A stretch of DNA of 64,000 nucleotides, from NCBI GenBank assembly GCA_965287045.1, contig OZ336884.1, forward strand, positions 51,584,001 to 51,648,000, in the 5' to 3' direction. Both the position numbers and the translations under genes were made by a program. Shown piece after piece: positions 54,126 through 64,000 of this stretch. Position 1 is the first letter of the stretch. Each line of letters begins with the position of its first letter. Below the pieces are notes generated by a model, which was not told the DNA's origin, did no database searches, and saw only the letters and a program-made list of their open reading frames with translations. The stretch is from Carcharhinus amblyrhynchos. Lineage: Eukaryota.

Positions 54126-55719
54126 ATTGCTATTGTGCAAAAAAAAGTGACAATAATTTAAGCACATTACTCTCTTTTCCCATAAGACCTGTAAGTCTCA
54201 GAGAGCTGATTCCCAAATTCCTGGCGAGAAGCACCAAAATCAACAGCCCTCAGTTGTTCATTTCTGTTTAATTAAATGACAGAAAACCAGGCTCTGTGGC
54301 CGTACAATTTCCCGACCATTTGTCCACGTGAGTGGAGCATAAACAGGGCAATCTGCTCTAAAACAGCTGCTTTAGCCATAAAAAAAAACTGCTTTAGCTT
54401 TATTTGCTATTATTTACTAAAAAAGCTAATCAAATCTCAGCTCCCAAGAGCAAAGCAACAATATTTCAGCCTTTTGTTGAATTGTTTTTGCCAACCCGTG
54501 ACGATAACATACATAGCTCAAGGATATTAATTCAATTGGGACAATAACTCAACTCAGGAATAAGCATCAAGAAGGCAGTTGCATCAGAAAATGACCATCA
54601 GGTTAGCAGTGATACACAATGCAAAATTCCTGAAATTTCTGCAGTGCACATACGTCAAGCTGGGATTTCAACACCATCAGGCCTACAAAAGAAACTTGGC
54701 ATTGCCATTTCTAAGCACTGAGAAGGTACATGGAATTGAATGAAATCTCACAACAAGCTTGTTTACTATAAAACAAGGTACACATTGTGCACACACAGTG
54801 CAAAATGCACATTCTGCTGACTGCATTTAGCAATTAATTCAATTTCCAAAGATAAGATTTTAATTATTTAAAAAAAAACTGTCAGGATAATTTCTTCTCG
54901 AATGCCCAGTCAGGCTGACGCAGCTTTAGTGCTGGCCACTGTTGCTAGGTTACAATCAGTCGTACTGAAGGCCAGTCAGCTGAATTGTTCAGTGCAAGTT
55001 TCTGTAGAATATATCGAATTTTTCTTGGAGCAAGGAAGTTAAAAGTTACAAAAATGTTTGAATTATGCAAACAAAAATATTTAGGATCATAATTTCTCTC
55101 TCTCCTGAGGCTGCTGGCTAACTATGAACTGCCATGCTGAAACATGCAAGAGAACCGCACAAAATTTATCTTCGTCTGTTATCAGGGCATGTCCCGCTTG
55201 CTGGGAATGCCCATCAGGTCCCAAGAGGATGCCGATCAGAAAGACAACACTGTTGATCTGGTGGAAATCCTGGTTGATGATGGAGAGGATTGGAGGAGGA
55301 GGGAATCAGAAGGGAGACGGGAAAAGTGATAATGGTGGCCAATGGCAACCCACAGTCTTAATGTGGTAGAATTAAGCTTAATCCTTTTCAGGTTTGTTAA
55401 AGATTTTATTATTTACCTTCTCGTTGTCAGTAAATGGTCTCTTCAAAGATCAGTGGTTTGGCAACTGTTCATCCAAGAAAATGGACTGTAGCATGCACAG
55501 CACCTGATGCAGACTGTCACACTCCAGTGTTAGAAATTTAGGCCCACATTAGAAATTTAGGCTCTTTAGGCCCACAGTTTGTTTAAATGGGGGAAATGGG
55601 GGGTGGTGAGAAACATGTTGTCTGGCTTCTGGCAGCTGTTACATGTTCACCTATTTTCTTCCCTCCCCTTGCCCAGATGTGAGCCCCTTGCTAGGTGCAG
55701 TTCTCCTGGTACTGGTTAC

Positions 55720-56015
55720 TCTCCAATGTCTTGCCAAAGTGACTGTAAGAAGGTGATTCATCAAAGAGCCCCGTTCTGCCATCAACAGGCTTCCACATGC
55801 TCAAGACATGAAAAGAAAAGACATGCAACACAGATAGTGATCAGGAAAAGGAATCCAACTCCTAACTCAGGGCTGTTGATGCTCAATTGTAATACGTCTA
55901 GTTGCTGCTGCAGTTGAAAGCAGCTCATTCAGTATAGATTGGAAATGATACCTGGGGCATTCTTGATTGTGTGAATCAGTGCCCACACCTTAAGGTGCAT
56001 TTATCCAGTAAGCCA
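55720..56015 (-). mobile_element. LF-SINE-like element (degenerate)
   Basis: gatagtgatcaggaaaaggaatcc is the reverse complement of the LF-SINE core. Confidence 0.55.
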
Positions 56016-56689
56016 AAGAAGTTACTGTTTTCACAATTCTGTTACAGTGAGGTATACCCTTGTCCTTGTTATCGCACTTCAGCATATTTGGCAAACGGTT
56101 CTAAAAATACACAGTTCAAAATTGAATATAGAAAATATAATTTGTTTTGAATTGGATTTTCATGATTATTTAGGTGTTAATTTAGTTTATTAATTTAAAC
56201 AAGAAAATCTTGTGAGCACAGTGACATTTTGAGTGTGGTGCATTTCTTTCTCATTATTCAACACTTCTCAATTTTGTAATTTGTCAGTGACAAAAATTCA
56301 TTGAAAATTATTTTTGCTGACAGAACAATGCAAACCTGGCTTTCGTCCAGAGCAGCCATCCCATTCCTATTCACAAGTCAGTGAAATGTTATCCTCAAAC
56401 TGACTCTTTTCATAAAGGTTTAAAGTTATTAACATTTAAATTTATTAATGTTTAATAAAAATTCATTCAATCTCTCAAGTAATCATTGTAGTGTCTCCTT
56501 GCCTTTTCTGTGATTAGAATATAAAATCATTCTCTCAAGGCTGTAGAAACAAAGCCTCAAAGCAGATTTCTGCCCACAACCCCCCAATGTTGTTTCTGCA
56601 TATACTTTATGATGTCTGATGTCTTCTCCTGATTGGATATCTGAAACCACTAAAACCTCACTTGACTAATGCCATCATTTTGAAATCCT

Positions 56690-57030
56690 TGTTGTATTCC
56701 TAAATTGAAAGTTACTGGGGTTGTTGTGGAGGAGGCGAGGGGAGAGAGCTTGCAATTGAAAGTGAAGTCAAGTGAAGAAATAGAGCAGCTAGATACTTAC
56801 AAAACTTTCTTGCGCACAAGACATAGATATTTGGAACTCTCTTCTCAACTCTTTCTGCTGTGGGTAGTAGGGCAATTAGAAAAGGTGCCAGGCTGAGATT
56901 GGTAGATTTTTGTTAGCTGTGGGTATCAAGGGACATGGAGCAAAGATAGGAAAATTGAGTTGAGGTGCTGATTCTCCACAGTCTAACTGAATAGTGAAGC
57001 AGACTTGAAGAGCTAAGTGGCGTTGTTTCT
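56690..57030 (+). mobile_element. CR1 3' fragment
   Basis: gggtatcaagggacatggagcaaag...gagttgagg 3' end. Confidence 0.6.
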
Positions 57031-58594
57031 CGTGTTACTACACTACTACGTTACAGAAACAGAAGATCAATATTAGTTAAACATTTATCCGCATTTCCAA
57101 TGCTCACAGTCACCAGGGTATCTTGTTCACAATATATTTAATTTAATCACATATCCTTGGCTGTATTCTTTCCCTTACTTTCCTCTTCCTTTGGCATATT
57201 GGGCAAAAATAGTTGGATAAGATGGACTATATTGTAACATGGGATGAGGCTGCAGAGCTGCATGGCCACAAACTGGGCAATCCAAAATTCAAGAGCTCAC
57301 AATTTAGTAACATTTTCTTTTGACAGAATCACTAAGTGAATCCATTGTTCACTTACAATAACCAAGATAAAATGACTTTTGCCATTATAACTAGCATCAC
57401 AGGTATATGCCAAACTGTGTCCCCCAAATTTACTTTTTGAACTACACAAAGGGGGACACAAATCAGTGCTGATTGAGATTTTTTTGACATTATTAGAAAT
57501 GTTGGTCTTTCACATAATGTAGTAGAACACACAGGTACATCAAAAACAGTGCGTTTGCACACATGCAAAGAGGTTTGCTTGAACTTTTTTTGTACAAAAG
57601 AAAACCTAGCCAGGTCATGTGGGGTACGCATTGCAGGAGGAATGGGGCTTGAAGTTTGGGTGCCTTCTACCATTTAATAGGCCTGTGTGTAATGATGTAG
57701 CCACCATGGTACATTCACTAGTCCCATTAAATCTGGCAGCAGCTAGGAAATCCTATTGAAAAATGAGTTGCCCTAGCCTTTGCTTGGAACTAAAATATTC
57801 GCACTTGATAAGCAAATTGAAAGTTCTGTTTATTCTGAGATCTAATGCCAAATCTAATTATTTAAACCAGCCATACTTCTGCTACTGACTGGGATCACAG
57901 AACTTCACTGTTTTAGTTTCCACATGCTGCACGATGCAGGCGAGTCTGGACATGTGCAAAGGAGTTACGTTTGACAGTTTGTGAAAAGCAAACATTTAAA
58001 TTTATTTGGAGGCACTGTATAAGGCGCTGGAAAGATTCACAAGCATGCTATTAGAACTAAGAGGATATTGTTTTCAGAAAAGACCGAACAATCTGGGGCT
58101 GTTTACTTCAGAGAACAGAAGGCTGAGAGATGATCAAATAGCAGACTTGAACATTATTTAGTGGCTTGATTGGGTAAAGGTAGAGGAGATGTTTCCACTT
58201 GTGGGGGAGACCTAAACAACACGGGTGAGAGTGGGTTAAGATAAAATGGTCTGACCATTTTTTGTGACAAGGAATTGTGTATACATTATAGCACAAAGTG
58301 CCTAAGTCACCGCACATGAGGGGCTGGAAAATTATACCACTTTTTATGTAGCAAATTGCAAATGCTTCTAGGTCACCTCAAATGGGTGGAATTATTTGAC
58401 TTCAAGTGGGTAGAAGCATTCATTTTCCCTTTGTTTACCTTCTTTTGCCATCAAGACAGTAGGCTTTGTATCAAATCATTAAGTGACCTCAGAATTTTAG
58501 CATTCAATATGGATTGTGATGAAGACTATACTGACAACAGAAAATCACCTCACTGGATTATGAACAACTATCTTTCATTCAGTACTCCTAATTT

Positions 58595-59021
58595 TTTTTC
58601 ACTCATTCGTGGGACATCGGTGTCCCTGGCTGGCCAGCATTTATTGTCCATCCTCAGTTGCCCTTGAAGGTGGTGGTGAACTGCCTTCTTGGGCGATTAA
58701 TACAACTGAGTGGATTGCTACCCCATTTTAGAAGGAAGTTAAGAGTCAACCACATTGTTGTGGCTTTGGAATTGCATGCAGGCCAGACCAGGTAAGGATG
58801 GCCGATTTCCTTCCCTAATGGACATTAGTGAACTAGATGGGTTTTTCCGACAATCAACAATGGTTTCGTGGTCATCAGTACATTCTTAATTTCAGATATT
58901 TTCTTATTTCATTCAAATTCCACCATCTGTCTTGGTGGGATTTGAACCCAGGTCCCCAGAACATTAACTATTTTTCTGGATTGATAGTCTAGCGATAACA
59001 CCACTAAGCCATCGCCTCCCC
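58595..59021 (-). mobile_element. Full-length tRNA-derived SINE
   Basis: Box A TGGCTTAGTGG (59001-59011), box B GGTTCAAATCC (58938-58948); LINE-like tail. Confidence 0.85.
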
Positions 59022-59224
59022 TGTTTCTAAAACTTGGTGTGCTAAACAAAAATTAATTTTGCATCAGAAAACAGGTCATAGGGGTTGGTTATGTTCTGAC
59101 CTGCAATTTTTACATTAAAAACCTACCTTGAATCTAGCTTACCCAAAATTCCTCTGACTAACTCTCACTAACTTTAACTCCTAATAACTCACTGACTTTT
59201 GAGAAGTCATTAATTCTTAACTTC

Positions 59225-59445
59225 CCACATGCTGTTTCACTCTCCCACCTGATGTTTCCCTTTCCCAAACCTCTCACTGGCCTCTTCCCTCTCCCGACCC
59301 TCCCACTTGCCATTTCCCTCTCCTAACCGTCCTGCTGGCCGCTTCCATCTCCCAACTCTCCCCTGACGAGCAGGAGAGGAAAGTTGCAAGTGGGAAGGAA
59401 GGGAAAGCAAAGCTGTGAGGGGAAGAGTTGGGGTGGGAAGTTGAA
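59225..59445. repeat. Degenerate ~29-bp pyrimidine-rich minisatellite followed by a purine-rich inverse tract
   Basis: Recurring ttccc(t)ctcc units, then an ggaaag-rich run. Confidence 0.5.
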
Positions 59446-59754
59446 GCAGCAGTTTGTTTTTAAAAAGTGCCTGAACATGCTAAAAGCACACTAAACCAAA
59501 AACACACTTTTACAATGCACCTTAAATGTAAAACAAAGGAGCAGTGAGAAAAGAAAGGCAGAGATTGGAAAAGCATTTCAAAGTGCAGAATTCTATAATC
59601 AAAAAGTCAAATTTCCATGAAAAGATGGAAATTTCTCACCCCTGGAACTTGGAGTCATAAATTTATAATAGTTGCTAACTTGCTGATAAATCCAACAGAC
59701 AATTCAGGAAGAATGTCTTTTGCAGAAGCGTGTTAAGATTGCAGGACATGGGTT

Positions 59755-59945
59755 ATAGAACACAGAACAGTACAGCACAGTACAGGCCCTTCGGCCCTCG
59801 ATGTTGTGCCGAGCTATGTCCGAACCCAAGATCAAGCTATCCTACTCGCCATCATTCTGGTGTGTTCCATGTGCCTATCCAATAACTGCTTGAAAGTTCC
59901 TAAAATGTCCGACTCCACTGTCACAGCAGGCAGTGCATTCCACAA
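59755..59945 (-). mobile_element. CR1 3' end, same subfamily as the 29990 copy
   Basis: Near-identical to 29993-30165 (agaacagtacagcacagtacaggccct...ccaataactgcttgaaagttcct). Confidence 0.9.
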
Positions 59946-60109
59946 TTAGGAAGGGTATCAATGGAGAGGGTACAACACCAGCTCACTAGGATGCTACCTG
60001 GAATTCAGAAATAAATGTACCAGCTAGTCTTGGGACTGTTTTTTTCAAACAACAGAATTATAAGCTTGGTGATAAATGACTAAAGCTCTAGGAACAAGGG
60101 TTTAAATAA

Positions 60110-60392
60110 TTTAGTTGAAATCTATTAATTAAAAAAAATCTGGAAGTGAAAGCTAGTATTACTAATGGTGAATATGAAACCATCACTGATTGTCGTAAAA
60201 ACCCATCAGGTTCACTAATGTCCCTTTGGAGAAGGAAATCTGCCATCCTCACCTCGCCTGGCCAATGTGTGACTGCAGAGTCACAGTAAAATGATTGATC
60301 CTTAACTGCTCCTTGAAATGCAAGCCACTCAGTTCAAGAACAATTAAGGGTGGGCATTTTATGCTAGCGATGTCCACATCCCAAGAATTTTA
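60110..60392 (+). mobile_element. tRNA-derived SINE body (same family as 58595-59021, inverted)
   Basis: aaaacccatcaggttcactaatgtcc...aaggaaatctgccatcct. Confidence 0.8.
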
Positions 60393-63300
60393 AAAATGTG
60401 ATTAGCAATGCTTTGACCTACATGATGGCAAGAAATGGAACAGAATAGATAAAAACACATTGAGGGGTCAAAAGCACCAGAGTTAGATAGAAATGAACTG
60501 TAAGCGATTTAGGTCTTAAGAGGGCATTTCCTCAGAGGATTGTGAGCTTATGTAGTGTGTGACTGTATTACTGATGAAAGCAGCAGTCAGTTTTAAATTC
60601 TGGCTCCATTGCACCAGGATGAGACAAAAAATGGCTCCTGGTCCATACGGATCACCATGTCACTTGGCACAATAAGTAATCACGCAATTGGTGCATGTGA
60701 AACATATGCGTTCAGCTGCATGAAGGACCAGCCCCACTCCCCCATCAGCAGCATTATTTGAAAGCATCATCATGTCATTTGCAGGCGAATTGCTTTTGAC
60801 TAACTGTTTAGTCAAACAGCTTAGTGAAAGTATCGGGTTGTAGGAAGAGCTGTGAAAAATTGGTTAGATCAGCAGGGAAAGGTGCTGAAAGTTATAGAGT
60901 TGTATGTTTCTGAAAAGCCTCTGTGTACATCATTTGCTCCCAGTCATGGCAACTAGACGTAGTTCCCCTTGGGCTAGCGCATTACAGTGAGGTGGAACAG
61001 AAACCAGAGCGAAGATAAGCTGCTCGCAGAAGCAGAAGGAAGAGAGCTCTCAGCAGGAGGCTGCACCAACATGGGATCTTCACGGAGGACTTTTTTAACC
61101 TGCACGTAAGCCAGAAGCAGTGTATTCAGAGACCACACAGAATTGCGTCATCTCTCAGAACTGGAGCTACAGACCAGTTCCCATACCCCTGCCAAGTTAG
61201 TTTTAACCTTCCCAAATAGCACTAGCAAATCACCCCACAATGAACTTAGTTCCGGCCCTATTTAGGTGCAACCTACTTGGTTTGTACAGGTCCCATCTCG
61301 CTCACATAGCTTAATGTACCTGGAATCTAAAGGCCTCCCTCCTGCATCATGTTTCCAGCATGCATTCAACTTCTTTATTCTCCTATTTCTATATTCACTC
61401 CCACACGATACTGGGAGCAACCTGAAGATTAATACTTTTGAAGTTCTGCTTGCTACATTCCTATCTAGCACCCTAAATGTTAACTGACATGCTCTTTCTG
61501 CTTATGTAATTTGTACCAATGTGTACTATGACTGCTGGCTGGCAGTTCACCCTCCCTCATCAGGGCGCTCTGCAGCCATTCAGTGACATCAATGACCCTG
61601 GCATCAAACACACAGCACACCAACCTGGATTATAGGGTTTTAGAATGTAATTTGCTCAAATATTTAAAGAAAAAGGCACTGAAACATAATTTCCATATTT
61701 TGAAGATTGCTTTGAGTTTTGATGTGATAATTGCACTTCACCTGAAGACTTTTGAGGAAATTGCTAACTGCCCCTAGGAAGAGTGATGCTACATATAAAC
61801 AACTGAAGAATTCATTTGCAATCTCTTACATCTACTCTGATTGCAGCCTGCTGCCATGCCATCATGAGAGTCAATCCCCACTATTTCACAAAGGAGATCA
61901 TAAGTGGATTGATTGCATTGAGTGCAGGTCACATGTGCTTTCCCACATGTTTCGCACATAATAGTGATACTTTCACTGGGATGCCATCTTGCAAAAGTGG
62001 CATGCTACTGCATTCTGACACAATCTATAAAGCTATATGCTTTTCTGTCATTTTTCTGGGTGAGACAAAATTTTCTTCAGTTTATCAATGGTATGACCCA
62101 AACTATTGCCTTTGGTTTCTGCCACATTTACTAGACACAGATTCCAGTCCCCTCAGTGGCTTCGTCTGAGGTCGAATCATATTGTTCACATTCTTAGTGT
62201 CTGAATTGACCCCGAGCTGTGCTGCTTAATCCATGTTTTTTCGATGTCTTACCTTTATATAAATACAAGTTGTTGTTTCTAAGGGAGTAAAAAAAATTGC
62301 TAAAGAGATATTGAAAATGGTACACACCGTTACACTGGGACTTTGCCATTACATGATGTAATTTAAAAGCTATAACAGAATAGAGGGCCGAGGAAGTATT
62401 CACAATAAGGAAGGAGGCAGATCTGAGTTTCTGTGCATTGCAGCCCAATTAAATCACTATCACCACCACTCCCTAAATCATATCAGCCTCTATTTATAAG
62501 ATAAAGTCATTTTAAACTCAAGTACACAACGTACAGTCAATCACAAGTCAGGGGAGGTTCAATTCATCAAAAAAAGCATGCTCATATCAGAAACTCGTGT
62601 CAGAAAGTCACCTTTTCACAATTACTAATCGATCCCAGAGCCAACACACAGGGACAAATTGCTTCTAAACCACATGCTTTTAAATGGAACAAGCTATAAA
62701 GCATGGCAGGGTAACTTTCTAAAAACTACAAGCAAAATCTATTAGACAATAAGCAGTTAGATATCTCACTCTGATGACCTTAGTTTACTTCCGATCACAG
62801 TCTTTGCACTGTAATAAAAAAAAACACTTGCTTAGAAGCAGAATGGTATGCTGTTATTAGGAAATACGTCCCACTGAAAAAAATAAAGAAAATGTTTGGG
62901 CCCAATTAGTTCTTAATGTGAGCAGCCTAAATTCCCAGGCCCTCTCTGTTGGTTATCTTTTAAACATTTGTACTTCCATAATTTATAAAGTGATCAGAAT
63001 GGATATGCCCTATTTTTGCTATCTTACTGGTACTCCAGATAAAGCATCAGTACACTTTCACTTAGTGTGTTTTGTTAAATAGAAATAAAATGTGCCCTAC
63101 GAGGTGAATTCAGCGTAATAGGTGTAAGCCTTATATGTTTAACTTGAAGGTGTTTCATGAATCTTTCTTCCTTGCAGAAAGACCGAGTGCAATTGAGCTT
63201 CCTGTACACTAGCCTCATGAATTTGACGAGTTTAATTTGAGATTGCCCAGTTGCTATGTGGGACCGAAACATGGGCTTCTGTAGCACGTGTCTGAGCAAA

Positions 63301-64000
63301 TAGAAATGCAGCTTCAAACACAAAGTATTTTGCTATTCAATCTTCAGAGCTGTTATAACAATGACCCACATGAGAACGCAATTTAGTGATAGTTGAAGAT
63401 TCTTTGTACACAGTGTGGAAAGAGGAGTAAAGAAAAATTACATTGATACCTGTCGTATTTAGGCCTGACGTGATATGCTGGGGAAACTGAACAAGATGGA
63501 ACATCTGACCGAACAGTAAGTTGCAATGAATGCATGTTTGGGCCCCTGGCAGTTTAGATGCACTGAGTGTGTGTGTATGCATATCTTGATAGGCTGAAGC
63601 TTGTTTGGAATGGAAAGCGTCCCCAGCTTAGCTAACATGGTGCCAGAACTCCAATTTCAGAAGTTGGCTTTGAGGGTGTAAGGGCAAAGGGTGAGAGGTC
63701 ATGTGTTGGGTCATGATGAAAGGGCTACAAGGTAGGTAGAGGGGCATAGGCTGGTATGCAGCATATGAGGGGCTATGGGGTAGCATGACTTGGCATGGAT
63801 GGAGCATGCTAATTATGTCAGGTGGTGTGAAGGGACATGAGGGATGAGGCATGGAGGGTTGTTTTTTGTTGATTTTCCTTACAAGTCCTGGAGCACCGAG
63901 GTGGGCCATTCATAGTCTGCATCTGTACTCAGCAGTCCCTATGGCTGTCTCCAAACTCTCTCCGGCTTGGCTCCAGGAAGCTTGACTCTCCCTAACACTT

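Noticed and set aside
60795-60816. Perfect 9-bp hairpin tttgactaa-ctgt-ttagtcaaa
   Set aside because: Short and AT-rich; expected by chance in 64 kb without conservation evidence.
43000-64000. Dystrophin exon 62 (SVQGPWERAISPNKVPYYIN)
   Set aside because: Not found by eye; probably lies beyond the window end.

Overview
Eukaryotic, AT-rich vertebrate genomic DNA, very probably from a cartilaginous fish (shark), judging by its repeat families. The window holds the 3' part of the dystrophin gene on the minus strand: the Dp71-specific first exon (MREQLKG, 42379-42398) and exons equivalent to human DMD 63-70 (WW/EF-hand/ZZ cysteine-rich region). All have human-identical lengths (62, 75, 202, 86, 158, 167, 112, 137 nt), GT-AG boundaries and a continuous reading frame. 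42400-64000 is intron 62. The rest is intronic and rich in CR1 and L2 LINE fragments, V-SINE, Deu-SINE and LF-SINE-like SINEs, MITE-like elements and Penelope-like palindromic elements. Most notable observations: a ~295-nt U2-snRNA-headed, polyadenylated element with a second internal U2 copy and an octamer motif; a composite CR1/structured-hairpin/V-SINE element; palindromic elements carrying hammerhead-ribozyme cores; a Dp40-like stop plus polyA signal in intron 70; candidate alternative Dp71 starts. Repeat family names and boundaries are from visual recognition, not database searches.
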